Assembly (NCBI GenBank): GCA_945956935.1
Contig: CAMFJD010000005.1
Location: forward strand, 23,630 to 87,629
DNA length: 64,000 bases
From: an uncultured Bacillota bacterium
GTDB lineage: Bacteria > Bacillota_I > Bacilli_A > Culicoidibacterales > ZOR0006
Reading direction: 5' to 3'
Numbering within the stretch: position 1 is the stretch's first letter; each line of letters starts with the position of its first letter. Positions 47,929-58,521 of the stretch are shown in pieces. The notes beneath the pieces are model-generated. The model saw only the letters and a list, made by a program, of their open reading frames with translations, was not told the origin of the DNA and did no database searches. The translations under genes and the position numbers were made by a program.

Positions 47929-50577
47929 ATGGCAAAACAACTCGCACCAAAATATAACCATTTAGAAGTAGAAGCTGGAAAATATCAATCGTGGATTGAA
48001 CAAGGATGTTTTAAAGCAGATCCAAATTCAAAGAAAGAACCGTATTCAATTGTTATTCCCCCACCAAATGTCACTGGGAAATTACACTTAGGTCATGCTT
48101 GGGATACGGCGTTACAAGATATTTTAACGCGCATGAAAAAATTACAAGGATATGATGTATTATGGTTACCTGGAATGGACCATGCTGGAATTGCGACACA
48201 AGCAAAAGTTGACGAAAAATTACGAGAACAAGGAATTTCGCGTCATGATATTGGCCGTGAAGCTTTTTTAGAACAAGCGTGGGCTTGGAAAGGTGAGTAT
48301 GCAAGCCATATTCGTGAACAATGGGAAAAATTAGGATTGGCTCTTGATTATTCACGTGAGCGTTTTACGCTAGACGAGGGATTATCAGAAGCAGTCACAA
48401 AAGTATTTGTTGATATGTACAATAAGGGCCTCATTTATCGTGGTGAGCGGATTATTAACTGGGACCCACAAGCACAAACAGCATTATCAAATATTGAAGT
48501 TATTTATCAGGAAGTAGAAGGGAAATTCTACCATTTTAAATATATGTTAGCTGATGGCAGCGGAGAATTCCTAGAAGTAGCAACAACACGTCCCGAGACA
48601 ATGTTTGGTGATGTTGCCGTTGCGGTTCATCCTGAAGATGAACGTTATGCACATCTGATTGGTAAAGAAATCCTGATTCCTGGAAACGACATTGCAATTC
48701 CGATTATTGCAGATGAGTATGTTGAGAAAGATTTTGGAACAGGTGCAGTAAAAATTACACCTGCGCATGATCCAAATGACTTTGAAGTTGGTGCACGCCA
48801 TAAATTGGCGATGCCAATTATTATGAATGAAGATGGCACAATGCGTGCATGTGACCTAATGCCTGAATCATATGCAAATCTTGATCGATTTGCTGCACGT
48901 CAACAATTAGTTGCTGACTTAGAAGAAAAAGGACTTGTTGTAAAAATCGTAGATCACGTACATTCTGTTGGACATAGTGAACGTACTGGTGTAGTTGTTG
49001 AACCATATTTATCGATGCAATGGTTTGTTAAAATGGAAGGATTAGCAGCACGCTCAGTAGCGAATCAAGCAACGGAAGATGCTGTGAATTTTGTACCAGA
49101 ACGTTTTGAAAAAACATTTGGAAATTGGATGGAAGGAATTCATGATTGGTGTATTTCACGTCAATTGTGGTGGGGACATCGTATACCGGCTTGGTACCAT
49201 ATCCAAACAGGTGAAGTACATGTTGGTGATGCACCTACTGATATCGAAAATTGGAAACAAGATAATGACGTACTTGATACATGGTTCTCTTCAGCTTTAT
49301 GGCCATTTTCAACAATGGGTTGGCCAAATATTGATGCAATTGATTTTCAACGTTACTTCCCAACAAGTGTATTAGTAACAGGATATGACATTATTTTCTT
49401 CTGGGTAAGTCGCATGATTTTCCAATCACTTGAATTTACGGATCAAGCACCATTTAAAGATGTACTAATTCATGGTTTAGTACGTGATGCGTCTGGGCGC
49501 AAAATGTCGAAATCATTGGGTAACGGTGTTGATCCAATGGAAGTCATTGAAAAATACGGAGCAGATAGTTTGCGTTATTTCTTAACAACGAGTGTATCAC
49601 CAGGTCAAGATTTACGGTATATGGAAGAAAAAGTTGAATCAACATGGAATTTCATCAATAAAATTTGGAATGCTTCACGTTTCGTGTTAATGAACGTCGA
49701 GAACATGGAGATAACTGATTTAAGTTTCGATGTTAGCGATTTAGCAATTGCAGATCGTTGGATTTTAACTCGCTTAAATGAAACAATCGCAACTGTTAAC
49801 TATAATGCTGATAAGTATGAATTTGGTGAAGTCGACCGCGCTTTATATAACTTTATTTGGGATGATTTCTGTAGTTGGTACATTGAAATGAGTAAATTAC
49901 CATTACAAGGTGATGATCAAGTAGCCGCGAATACAACACGTAAAGTACTCGTGTACACATTAGATGCCATTGTACGTTTATTACATCCATTTATGCCATT
50001 CGTCACAGAAGAAATTTGGCAGCAATTACCAGGAAATGAAGGATCAATTATGAATGCATCATGGCCTGAAATTGTAGAAGTTTATAGCGATGAAATGGCA
50101 AAAACAGGAATGCACTCATTAATGGAAGTTATCCGTTCAATTCGTACTATTCGTAGTGAAGTGGATGCGCCAATGAGTCGTAAAGTGCGTATGTTCATGA
50201 AACCACTCACAACGGAAGCACAAGTAAATTTTGAAACGAATACCGCGTATTTAGAAAAATTCTGTAATCCAAGTGAATTAACAATTGCATCAACAATTGA
50301 GATCAACGAAGAAGTTATGTCAGCAGTTTTAGCAGATGTGGAAATTTATTTGCCAATTGACGGATTAGTTGACATTCAAGCAGAGATTACGCGTTTAGAA
50401 GCGGAAGCGAAAAAATTAGCTGGTGAAGTAAAACGTGCACAAGGAAAGCTCGGTAATGAGAAATTTGTGGCGAAAGCACCAGCACATTTAATCGAGGAAG
50501 AGCGTACGAAGTTATCGGATTACACGCAACGTCTTGAAACAGTGAACGCACGTTTATCAGCGATGCAAAACCGTTAA
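47929..50577 (+). CDS. valS: Valine--tRNA ligase
   Basis: [13 protein letters not shown] (HIGH), [17 protein letters not shown] and C-terminal coiled coil. Confidence 0.98.
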   Translation: MAKQLAPKYNHLEVEAGKYQSWIEQGCFKADPNSKKEPYSIVIPPPNVTGKLHLGHAWDTALQDILTRMKKLQGYDVLWLPGMDHAGIATQAKVDEKLREQGISRHDIGREAFLEQAWAWKGEYASHIREQWEKLGLALDYSRERFTLDEGLSEAVTKVFVDMYNKGLIYRGERIINWDPQAQTALSNIEVIYQEVEGKFYHFKYMLADGSGEFLEVATTRPETMFGDVAVAVHPEDERYAHLIGKEILIPGNDIAIPIIADEYVEKDFGTGAVKITPAHDPNDFEVGARHKLAMPIIMNEDGTMRACDLMPESYANLDRFAARQQLVADLEEKGLVVKIVDHVHSVGHSERTGVVVEPYLSMQWFVKMEGLAARSVANQATEDAVNFVPERFEKTFGNWMEGIHDWCISRQLWWGHRIPAWYHIQTGEVHVGDAPTDIENWKQDNDVLDTWFSSALWPFSTMGWPNIDAIDFQRYFPTSVLVTGYDIIFFWVSRMIFQSLEFTDQAPFKDVLIHGLVRDASGRKMSKSLGNGVDPMEVIEKYGADSLRYFLTTSVSPGQDLRYMEEKVESTWNFINKIWNASRFVLMNVENMEITDLSFDVSDLAIADRWILTRLNETIATVNYNADKYEFGEVDRALYNFIWDDFCSWYIEMSKLPLQGDDQVAANTTRKVLVYTLDAIVRLLHPFMPFVTEEIWQQLPGNEGSIMNASWPEIVEVYSDEMAKTGMHSLMEVIRSIRTIRSEVDAPMSRKVRMFMKPLTTEAQVNFETNTAYLEKFCNPSELTIASTIEINEEVMSAVLADVEIYLPIDGLVDIQAEITRLEAEAKKLAGEVKRAQGKLGNEKFVAKAPAHLIEEERTKLSDYTQRLETVNARLSAMQNR

Positions 50578-50586
50578 ATATTTGAT

Positions 50587-50626
50587 AAAAGATGGTATGT
50601 ATGTTTAAGTACGTACCATCTTTTTT
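50587..50626 (+). terminator. Intrinsic terminator after valS
   Basis: AAAAGATGGTATGTA ... TACGTACCATCTTTT followed by T's. Confidence 0.8.
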
Positions 50627-50717
50627 GGTGTATTATTTTTTCATGAACGAGAATATGATATACTAAGTCACACAGGGGCATCAATAAATGATTGTGTTCA
50701 CAAAAGGAGGTAACAAG

Positions 50718-52028
50718 ATGAGATTTACAACGAGTGAAGCAGTACTGAGTTTTTTTGATCAGTTTTCGACCACAACAATCGATTTGACATTAACGAGAAT
50801 GGAACGTGCATTAGAGCTGTTAGGAAACCCACAAAAACGCTATCGTATGATTCATGTCGGTGGAACCAATGGGAAGGGTTCAACAACAAGTTTTTTACGT
50901 CATATTCTACAGGAGAATGGGTATAGAGTTGCGACATTTACATCACCGCATATTGAAGTGTTCAATGAACGTATGCAAGTCAACGGAGTAATGATTAGTG
51001 ACCAACAGTTATTAACGATGACAAATGAAGTATTTGAACAATTAGGTGAAGCAGTGCAAACGCTTAGGTTGACGCAATTTGAATTGATGGCCATAGTTAT
51101 GTTTTATTATTTTGCGAATGAGCAACCAGATTGGGCAATTATTGAAGTGGGAATGGGGGGACGTTTTGATGCAACAAATGTTGTAACACCTGCAGTCAGT
51201 ATTATTACGAATGTGAGCCTTGATCATCAACAGTTTTTAGGTGATTCATTGGCAGCAATTACACATGAAAAAGCAGGGATTATCAAACAAGGAGTCCCAA
51301 TTGTTACGACTGCTAAAACGGATGAAGTCATTACAATTTTGCAAAATGAAGCAAGAGTACTACAAGCGCCACTGTATCAATTAGGTGTTGATTTTTTTAT
51401 TGACCAAGTAAGTATAACAAATGTTGACAATACATTTACTTATCGATTTGGTCTCGATTATCAAGAGTACTCAATTCTTTTAAAAGGTTATCATCAAGTT
51501 GAAAATGCTAGTGCAGCATTAACTGCACTCAACATATTAGCAGAAAAAGGTCAGCTAATACTAGAAAATCGTCGTGTTATAAAAGCTTTAGCACAGACAA
51601 CATGGATTGGTCGAATGGAGCAAATACTAGACAGACCAATTGTCTATGTTGATGGGGCACATAACGATGCAGGGATTGAGCAATTGTGTCAAACTATTCA
51701 GCAATATTTTAGTACGCAAAAGTGTCACATCATTTTTTGTGCAATGGTAGATAAAGATGTTGCTACGATGATTCCAAAGCTTGAAGCAGTCAGTTCATCG
51801 GTTACGCTTACGAGTTTTGCCTTTCCACGTGCAGCAAAAGCGCAAGCATTATTGCAACAGAGTACAAAAGTAACAACGCAAGCTGAAGAATCTTTTATGA
51901 AAGCATTTGACTGTGTTTGTCAAAAGGCAGATAGAACAGATGTTATTATTGTTACGGGTTCATTGTATTTTATTTCATATGTGCGGTCACAACTGAAAAA
52001 TAAAAATCATATTGATTGCACTCGATAA
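50718..52028 (+). CDS. folC: Folylpolyglutamate synthase/dihydrofolate synthase
   Basis: HVGGTNGKGST, FTSPH, EVGMGGRFDATN, DGAHN and GSLYF; start after SD AAGGAGG. Confidence 0.95.
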   Translation: MRFTTSEAVLSFFDQFSTTTIDLTLTRMERALELLGNPQKRYRMIHVGGTNGKGSTTSFLRHILQENGYRVATFTSPHIEVFNERMQVNGVMISDQQLLTMTNEVFEQLGEAVQTLRLTQFELMAIVMFYYFANEQPDWAIIEVGMGGRFDATNVVTPAVSIITNVSLDHQQFLGDSLAAITHEKAGIIKQGVPIVTTAKTDEVITILQNEARVLQAPLYQLGVDFFIDQVSITNVDNTFTYRFGLDYQEYSILLKGYHQVENASAALTALNILAEKGQLILENRRVIKALAQTTWIGRMEQILDRPIVYVDGAHNDAGIEQLCQTIQQYFSTQKCHIIFCAMVDKDVATMIPKLEAVSSSVTLTSFAFPRAAKAQALLQQSTKVTTQAEESFMKAFDCVCQKADRTDVIIVTGSLYFISYVRSQLKNKNHIDCTR

Positions 52029-52086
52029 TAGCGTATTTCTGCGTATAAGAGAGTGAGAGACTTTTTGATACATGGAGGAATACGAG

Positions 52087-52767
52087 ATGTCCAATGAACA
52101 ATTAGGAATACAAGTAAGTGAGCAGCCAAGAGAACGATTTGCTATTTATGGAGCAAAATCGTTAGCGACACATGAATTGCTTGCTTTGATACTAGAATCA
52201 GGAACAAAGGGACAACCGGTGTTAGAATTGGCACAGGCAGTGCTACAAACGAGTTATGACTTGGCAGGATTGCGCAGTTTGCAATTACCAGAACTTTTAG
52301 CGGTACCTGGTATCGGGAGAGCAAAAGCAATGAAAATTCTAGCAGCGATTGAGCTAGGAAGGCGTATCCAGTGCTTTGAAACAGTCAAAACAAAGCGAAT
52401 TCGTTCGCCAAGAGACTGTGCACAAATGTATATGGATGATTTGCGGTTTGAGCAACAAGAACAGTTTATTTGTGTGTATTTGAATACGAAAAATGAAATT
52501 ATTTTTCAAAAAACGATTTACATTGGAGGGCTTAATTCAATTACGATTCATCCAAGGGAAGTATTTCAGCAAGCAATTCGTGTCAGTGCAGCATCTCTTA
52601 TTTGTGTACATAATCATCCAAGTGGTGATCCTACGCCAAGTCAAGATGATATACAGACAACAAAGCGATTAATTGAAGTTGGTGAATTAGTTGGAATCGA
52701 AGTTTTAGATCATATTATCGTCGGTAATCAGGAATTTGTGAGTTTAAAGGAAAAAGGCTACTTTTGA
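52087..52767 (+). CDS. radC: RadC (UPF0758) JAB-domain protein, full length
   Basis: PRER, HhH GIGRAKA, HPREVF, HNHPSGDPTPSQDD and LDHII. Confidence 0.93.
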   Translation: MSNEQLGIQVSEQPRERFAIYGAKSLATHELLALILESGTKGQPVLELAQAVLQTSYDLAGLRSLQLPELLAVPGIGRAKAMKILAAIELGRRIQCFETVKTKRIRSPRDCAQMYMDDLRFEQQEQFICVYLNTKNEIIFQKTIYIGGLNSITIHPREVFQQAIRVSAASLICVHNHPSGDPTPSQDDIQTTKRLIEVGELVGIEVLDHIIVGNQEFVSLKEKGYF

Positions 52768-52952
52768 AACACTAATAATATAGTACAATAATAGTAAGTG
52801 TATGAAGGTCGACTGCTTAAGTGAATTCAAAGGTGTTGTAACCATCAAAAATATGAAAAAAGAAGAACCTCAATAAATATAATAGCTATGCAGTATAAAA
52901 TAGTGTGTTTTAAGCAAAAGCAAAAGAGATAAAAGAATAAAGGAGAATGAGT

Positions 52953-53453
52953 ATGAAAAAAAGACGTGCACTGAGTGCTTGTTTAGCCGGCCTACCTTGC
53001 CGATATGATGGTTGTTCGAAGGGATACTCAATATACGAATATGAGGCAGAACAAGGGGCACTATTGTTATGTCCAGAGGAATTAGGTGGATTAGACACGC
53101 CACGTATAGCGGCTGAAATTGTTGGTGGTAGTGGTTATGATGTTTTGAACGGAAAAGCGAAAGTTATTAATAGTGTCGGGGTTGATGTGACTAAGCAATT
53201 TGTGCTTGGTGCATACCGTGCATTAGCGATGGTTCAAAGTGTGGGAGTTAGTGCAGTCGTTTTAAAGCAGAATAGTCCATCGTGTGGAACGATGTATATT
53301 TATGATGGAACGTTTCAAAAGCAGCTCGTTCCACATATGGGAGTCAGTGCGGCCTTGTTAAAGATCCACGGTTATGATTTATATGATGAACAAACAGGCC
53401 AAAAGAATGAAAATAAGGATAGCAATGATGAATATGTTCATACATATATTTAA
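52953..53453 (+). CDS. DUF523/TudS-family (YbbK-like) thiouracil desulfidase-like protein
   Basis: SACLAGLPCRYDG, CPEELGGL.TPR and KQNSPSCG; start after SD AAGGAG. Confidence 0.85.
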   Translation: MKKRRALSACLAGLPCRYDGCSKGYSIYEYEAEQGALLLCPEELGGLDTPRIAAEIVGGSGYDVLNGKAKVINSVGVDVTKQFVLGAYRALAMVQSVGVSAVVLKQNSPSCGTMYIYDGTFQKQLVPHMGVSAALLKIHGYDLYDEQTGQKNENKDSNDEYVHTYI

Positions 53454-53531
53454 GAATAATGCACTGTAAGAGTTGTTTTCCAACATTGTTTTTGTGTATA
53501 ATAAAAGACGAAACAATGAGAGAATGGTGGC

Positions 53532-54359
53532 ATGAAAATGCGTAAAAAAATTATTATTGGATTTTTAATTGTCGTGCTTGCACTTTCGGCAGCACTTTTT
53601 TATTTAACACGTGTACAGGGTAGTGTATCATTATCAATTTTTGCTGATTTAAGTAATGTTGTTCAACAAGTAATGCGATATCCTGCACAGATTGCAGAAC
53701 GAGCTACAGACTTTTTCGTCACATATAATAATGATTTTGAACGACTGAAATCATTAGAAGAAAAAGAACAACAATATGAAATTGCATTCAATCGTATCGC
53801 CGTATTAGAACAAGAAAATGCAGAGTTAAAAGCACAGTTAGGCATGGATAGAAGTTTAAATGATTATGAATATGTGAATGCGGTAGTCACAGCACGCAAT
53901 ATTGATGGTTGGAATGATTATTTAACTATTGATTTAGGAAGTGCAGACGGTATTGAGACGAATATGGCGATAACAGCTCAAAATGGTTTGATTGGTCGTG
54001 TTGTTGAAACTACAGCAACATCAGCGACAGTACAATTGATTACGAGCAAACAAACAAATAGTCAAGTTTCAGTACAACTTCAAAATAATGATGGTAGAAC
54101 TGTGTATGGGATTGTTGAGGGATACGATGAAACGAAGAAACAATTAATTATTCGACCAACAGAAACAATCAATCCGAATCCAAATAGTGTTGTCGTTACT
54201 TCTGGACTCGGTGGAGTGTTTCCAAAAGGTATTACCATTGGAAAAGTAGTAGAAACAACAACGGATCGTGTTGGTGGGATTCAGAAAGTTTATGTACAAT
54301 CAGATGTTGATTTTAGTAATATTCAATTTGTGAATATTTTACGACGGCTAGCGGAATAG
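53532..54359 (+). CDS. mreC: Cell shape-determining protein MreC
   Basis: N-terminal TM, coiled coil ENAELK, IDLGSADG, GLIGRV, VVTSGLGGVFPKGITIGKV. Confidence 0.92.
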   Translation: MKMRKKIIIGFLIVVLALSAALFYLTRVQGSVSLSIFADLSNVVQQVMRYPAQIAERATDFFVTYNNDFERLKSLEEKEQQYEIAFNRIAVLEQENAELKAQLGMDRSLNDYEYVNAVVTARNIDGWNDYLTIDLGSADGIETNMAITAQNGLIGRVVETTATSATVQLITSKQTNSQVSVQLQNNDGRTVYGIVEGYDETKKQLIIRPTETINPNPNSVVVTSGLGGVFPKGITIGKVVETTTDRVGGIQKVYVQSDVDFSNIQFVNILRRLAE

Positions 54360-54369
54360 GGGTGAAGCA

Positions 54370-54900
54370 ATGATTTTTATTTGTTTATTTTTACTCTTAA
54401 TCGCTTGTTTTGATACGCTATTGCACGGTGCATTAACGCAGGTTTTCCCAATGGTATCGATATTTCCTATGCTAGTCCTTGTATTTCTTAGTTTATTAAG
54501 TACTCGTTCACAGTTGCGCTTAAGGATTATTGTTTTATTAGCCGCAGTGATGTCAATTGTTTTTGCTACTACTTATACTACAACGATTGGAGTGTATATA
54601 GTGGCATATATTGTGCCTGTTTTATTCGCGAGAGGAATTACAAAAATTATGCAGAGTGGATTTTTATGTGCTTTACTCGGTGTGTTTATCGTAGTTTTTG
54701 TTTCACAGGCGATAGTATATGCGTACTATGTCTTGCAAGGTTATGTAATTACACTTGATATGATTACGCATAACCTTTTACCAACGATACTGACAAATAT
54801 GCTGTTATTTTTTGTTGTGTATCCTATGAGTGAGTGGATGTTACACACATATAAGTTGAGTTGTGAAAATCAGATGTTAACTGTAGAAAATAGAAAGTAG
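54370..54900 (+). CDS. mreD: Cell shape-determining protein MreD
   Basis: About 5 TM, directly after mreC; C-terminal LLPTILTNMLLFFVVYP pattern. Confidence 0.72.
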   Translation: MIFICLFLLLIACFDTLLHGALTQVFPMVSIFPMLVLVFLSLLSTRSQLRLRIIVLLAAVMSIVFATTYTTTIGVYIVAYIVPVLFARGITKIMQSGFLCALLGVFIVVFVSQAIVYAYYVLQGYVITLDMITHNLLPTILTNMLLFFVVYPMSEWMLHTYKLSCENQMLTVENRK

Positions 54901-54911
54901 GAAAAATAATA

Positions 54912-55331
54912 ATGACAACATATGCAAAAACACAGCAACTATATGCGTTCCTTTATCCAAAAGAACAGTATCGTGATGAGGAGAATATGGCACAGGCAAT
55001 TGTTGAATATTACCAAATGGCAGGATTTCCAGTGTTAGATATAGATGATGTTTTTTTAACAATTGCTTTTTATGATTATGCAGTAATTGAGACATTAGAG
55101 CAAGGAAGACAGCAACTGTACCGTCAATTAGTTGGTTATGGATTGATTGGGGATGCAAAAATGAAATCAATATCTGTAGCTGATCAAGAACAACAAATTG
55201 TGGAACACTATCGTAATGAGGGTGTCAATGTGAATGATTATCAGCATTTGTTAACATATTTTCCGTGGGCGTCAATAAAAGAAAATTCAGCACACATAAT
55301 AGAACAGCCGATGGTGCATAAATTATTTTAG
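54912..55331 (+). CDS. Hypothetical soluble protein with an internal two-fold repeat
   Basis: 139-aa ORF 11 nt after mreD; repeats QQLY...QAIVEYYQMAGFPVLD and QQLY...QQIVEHYRNEGVNVND. Confidence 0.65.
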   Translation: MTTYAKTQQLYAFLYPKEQYRDEENMAQAIVEYYQMAGFPVLDIDDVFLTIAFYDYAVIETLEQGRQQLYRQLVGYGLIGDAKMKSISVADQEQQIVEHYRNEGVNVNDYQHLLTYFPWASIKENSAHIIEQPMVHKLF

Positions 55332-55452
55332 TACTTTTTATTTTTAAAAATGAAAAAATGAGTGTGAAAGGGATATTAAGAGTTAACTTGTTCATCTATT
55401 TCACTTAGAAGATGAGAATATGAAAGAAAACAGAACAACTCAAATGGAACCC

Positions 55453-55481
55453 TTGACAAAGCACTGAATTTCAATTAGAAT
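55453..55481 (+). promoter_or_regulatory. Sigma-A promoter of rplU-prp-rpmA
   Basis: TTGACA, 17 nt, TAGAAT. Confidence 0.85.
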
Positions 55482-55490
55482 GATAATGTT

Positions 55491-55562
55491 GTTTGTAGCA
55501 CCGAGCTACTACAACCGCTCATGATATGGTATTTAACCATAGTGACCTATCGTGGCGAGTCT
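55491..55562 (+). ncRNA. Ribosomal protein L21 leader
   Basis: TGTAGCACC...TACAACCGC...ATGGT/ACCAT hairpin...GGCGAGTC in the rplU 5' UTR, recalled as the Firmicute L21-leader pattern. Confidence 0.7.
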
Positions 55563-55587
55563 TAGTATACATTAAGGAGGTGCAGAT

Positions 55588-55896
55588 ATGTACGCAATCA
55601 TTAAAACAGGTGGAAAACAAATCAAAGTTTCTCAAGGAGATGTAATCTATGTTGAGAAATTAGACGCTGCTGAAGGTGAAGTAGTAACTTTCGATCAAGT
55701 ATTATTCGTTGGTGGAGAAACAGTGAAAATTGGAGCTCCTATCGTTGAAGGCGCAACAGTTACAGCTAAAGTTGAAAAACAAGGTAAAGCTAAAAAATTA
55801 ACTGTCTTCAAATATAAGCCAAAGAAAAACCAATACAAGAAACAAGGTCACCGTCAACCATATACAAAATTAGTTGTTGAAGCAATCAACGCTTAA
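55588..55896 (+). CDS. rplU: 50S ribosomal protein L21
   Basis: [11 protein letters not shown] and KQGHRQPYT. Confidence 0.98.
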   Translation: MYAIIKTGGKQIKVSQGDVIYVEKLDAAEGEVVTFDQVLFVGGETVKIGAPIVEGATVTAKVEKQGKAKKLTVFKYKPKKNQYKKQGHRQPYTKLVVEAINA

Positions 55897-55910
55897 TTTG
55901 TAGGTGCAGG

Positions 55911-56225
55911 ATGATTAAAGTTAAGTATTATTATTCGAAGAATAATGAACTTCAAGGGTTTTCATTAAAAGGACATGCAAATCACGGTGTTTACGGTGAG
56001 GATATTGTTTGTTCGGCAGCAACATCAAATGCTGTTGGTGTGATAAATTCACTCGAGCAGTTGGTACATGTTGACTTTGACGTTGCAATCGCGAATGAAG
56101 GCCATATTGAATGTCGTGTAAATGAGCATTCAATCGAAAAGTCACAAATTTTACTGAAACATTTTCAGTTAACAATAGGAACGATTGCAGAATCGTATCC
56201 GAAAAACTTAAAAATTCTAAAGTAG
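55911..56225 (+). CDS. prp: Ribosomal-processing cysteine protease Prp (YsxB)
   Basis: GHA....GEDIVCSA His/Cys dyad; located between rplU and rpmA. Confidence 0.92.
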   Translation: MIKVKYYYSKNNELQGFSLKGHANHGVYGEDIVCSAATSNAVGVINSLEQLVHVDFDVAIANEGHIECRVNEHSIEKSQILLKHFQLTIGTIAESYPKNLKILK

Positions 56226-56242
56226 CAGGAGGTGTGCTCCAC

Positions 56243-56524
56243 ATGTTAAAAATGAACTTACAATTATTAGCATCGAAAAAGGGTGTTGGTTCTACGCGTA
56301 ACGGTCGTGACTCAGCTGGTCGTCGTCTAGGTGCAAAACGTGCTGATGGACAACAAGTAACAGCGGGATCAATTATTTACCGTCAACGTGGTACGAAAAT
56401 CCACCCAGGAACGAATGTAGGACGTGGTGGAGACGATACTTTATTCGCATTAGTCGATGGTATCGTTAAATTTGAACGTTTAGGACGCGACAAAAAACAA
56501 GTAAGTGTTTATGTAGCTGAATAA
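56243..56524 (+). CDS. rpmA: 50S ribosomal protein L27 with N-terminal pro-peptide
   Basis: [34 protein letters not shown] and GDDTLFAL. Confidence 0.98.
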   Translation: MLKMNLQLLASKKGVGSTRNGRDSAGRRLGAKRADGQQVTAGSIIYRQRGTKIHPGTNVGRGGDDTLFALVDGIVKFERLGRDKKQVSVYVAE

Positions 56525-56533
56525 TAACGTTTT

Positions 56534-56567
56534 AAAAGCTGTTAACGATAATGTTGACAGCTTTTTT
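56534..56567 (+). terminator. Intrinsic terminator after rpmA
   Basis: AAAAGCTGTTAAC-GATAAT-GTTGACAGCTTTT followed by T's. Confidence 0.8.
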
Positions 56568-56651
56568 CTATGGTGAAAGATAGATAAAAGTGCTATAATG
56601 CACATAATATCAATAAATAGAGATGTTATATATGAGAGGAGGCTATTTTTG

Positions 56652-57959
56652 ATGTTTATCGATCAGGTCAAGATATATGTTAAAGGTGGAGACGGTGGAA
56701 ATGGTATGGTTGCCTTCCGTCGCGAAAAATATGTTGATTTAGGTGGTCCAGCTGGTGGAAATGGTGGAAATGGTGGACACGTTATTTTTCAAGTAGACGA
56801 AGGATTACGTACACTTATGGATTTCCGTTATAACAAAAAATTCATGGCACCTGATGGTGGAAAAGGATTAACAAAAGGATGTCACGGTGCGAATGCTGAT
56901 GATCTTGTATTACTTGTTCCACCAGGAACAACAGTGTTTGACAATGAAACAAACCTTGTTATCGCTGATTTAATTCGTCATGGAGATCGTGCAATTATTG
57001 CAAAAGGTGGGCGTGCTGGACGTGGAAATATGTCATTTGCTACGCATAAAAATCCAGCACCAAGTATCGCCGAAAAAGGTGAGCCAGGACAAGAACGTGA
57101 ATTACGTTTAGAATTAAAATTACTGGCAGATGCGGGGCTTGTTGGTTTCCCTTCAGTTGGGAAATCGACCATTTTAGCTCATGTTTCGGCAGCAAAACCA
57201 AAAATTGCAGCATATCATTTTACGACAATTACACCTAATATAGGGGTAGTTGCAACAGAAGATCGCCGAAGTTTTGTATTGGCAGATTTACCAGGGTTAA
57301 TTGAAGGTGCACATGCAGGTCATGGATTAGGACAACAATTTTTACGTCATATTGAACGTACTCGAGTTATTATTCATGTTATTGATATGGGTGGAACTGA
57401 AGGACGCGATCCGTATGAAGATTATGTGACGATTAACAATGAATTATCACAATATCGTTACCAATTAATGGAACGTCCTATGATTGTTGTTGCCAATAAA
57501 ATGGATGAACCAATGGCAGAAGAGAATTTAGCTCGCTTCCGTGAACAAGTAGGTCCAGATGTGGATATTTTCCCAGTAATTGCTGAGTTAGATGAAGGTT
57601 TAGCAGCAGTAATGGATCGTACAATGGATCTCATTGAAACAACACCAGACTTCCCAATATATTCAGAAGAAGAAATTGAAGAAGTTGTTGTATATAAATA
57701 CCGTTCTGATGAAGAAGGCTTTACGATTAGTAAAGGAAATGAAAATGTTGGAACACGTACAACAGAGTGGATTCTTGGTGGCGATCGCCTTGAAAAATTA
57801 TTCAAGATGACAAACTTTGATCATGAAGAATCAGTTGAACGTTTTGCGAGAACGATGCGCTTAATGGGTGTTGACCAAGGGCTTCGTGATCGTGGTGCTA
57901 AAAATGGTGATAGTATTTGGATTTTAGATTATGAATTTGAATTCTTAGATGAAGAATAA
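56652..57959 (+). CDS. obgE: GTPase ObgE
   Basis: [35 protein letters not shown] and C-terminal OCT domain. Confidence 0.97.
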   Translation: MFIDQVKIYVKGGDGGNGMVAFRREKYVDLGGPAGGNGGNGGHVIFQVDEGLRTLMDFRYNKKFMAPDGGKGLTKGCHGANADDLVLLVPPGTTVFDNETNLVIADLIRHGDRAIIAKGGRAGRGNMSFATHKNPAPSIAEKGEPGQERELRLELKLLADAGLVGFPSVGKSTILAHVSAAKPKIAAYHFTTITPNIGVVATEDRRSFVLADLPGLIEGAHAGHGLGQQFLRHIERTRVIIHVIDMGGTEGRDPYEDYVTINNELSQYRYQLMERPMIVVANKMDEPMAEENLARFREQVGPDVDIFPVIAELDEGLAAVMDRTMDLIETTPDFPIYSEEEIEEVVVYKYRSDEEGFTISKGNENVGTRTTEWILGGDRLEKLFKMTNFDHEESVERFARTMRLMGVDQGLRDRGAKNGDSIWILDYEFEFLDEE

Positions 57960-58021
57960 TAGAATATCCACTATCTATGTATACTAAAATAAACTGAGAG
58001 ATATCGATGTTAATAAAAATC

Positions 58022-58066
58022 AAGCTCATCAAAACGGCCAACTGGCATGAATTTGATGGGCTTATT
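58022..58066 (+). terminator. Probable terminator after obgE
   Basis: AAGCTCATCAAA ... TTTGATGGGCTT 12-bp stem with an 18-nt loop and short T tract. Confidence 0.5.
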
Positions 58067-58521
58067 TCTATGTATACGGACGAGTAGTGTACCAGGGTGA
58101 CTCACCTAGATAAACAAATAAAAGCAGGAACATAGTTAGTATGGAACTGCTTTTATTTGTGATCAAGATCAAACAATGCCGTATATGGAAATTAGGCGAT
58201 TGTAGTGAATAGATGGATACGACATCCATCAAAATACTTAGTTGAACAGTATTTGTTAAGTATTTTAAAAACTGTACAATAATGAATGAATATGGGTATC
58301 TTGTCAAGTGTTTTATTTTCACAAGATGAATAAATGGATAATAAATAGCAATTTTTTTATGACAAAAAACAGATTGAAACATGCAAATATGTAGAGAAAT
58401 AAAGAATTCTATGATAATATAAGGAAGAATTTGTCTATACATAATATAAAGAATACAAATTGTATGAAGGACAAGTTTATTTAATTGAAATTATTAAAAA
58501 ATAAACAATAGGAGACGAGAT

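Noticed and set aside
52087-52767. radC as a mobile-element or anti-restriction marker
   Set aside because: Full-length form with N-terminal HhH in the core folC-radC-mreC context, not the short JAB-only type found on ICEs.
58359-58369. ATGACAAAAAA shared with the candidate LytTR site at 32246, suggesting the M60 gene is a target
   Set aside because: No partner repeat at 21 bp on either side, and the match is mostly a poly-A run.
58068-58442. 124-aa minus-strand ORF between obgE and the M60 gene
   Set aside because: No SD, composition typical of AT-rich non-coding DNA, no motif; it overlaps the likely promoter region of the M60 gene.
57960-58521. c-di-GMP riboswitch linking the cyclase cassette to the surface protease
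   Set aside because: Neither the class I core (GGCAAA..GAAA..GACGCAAAGC) nor a class II pattern could be recognised.
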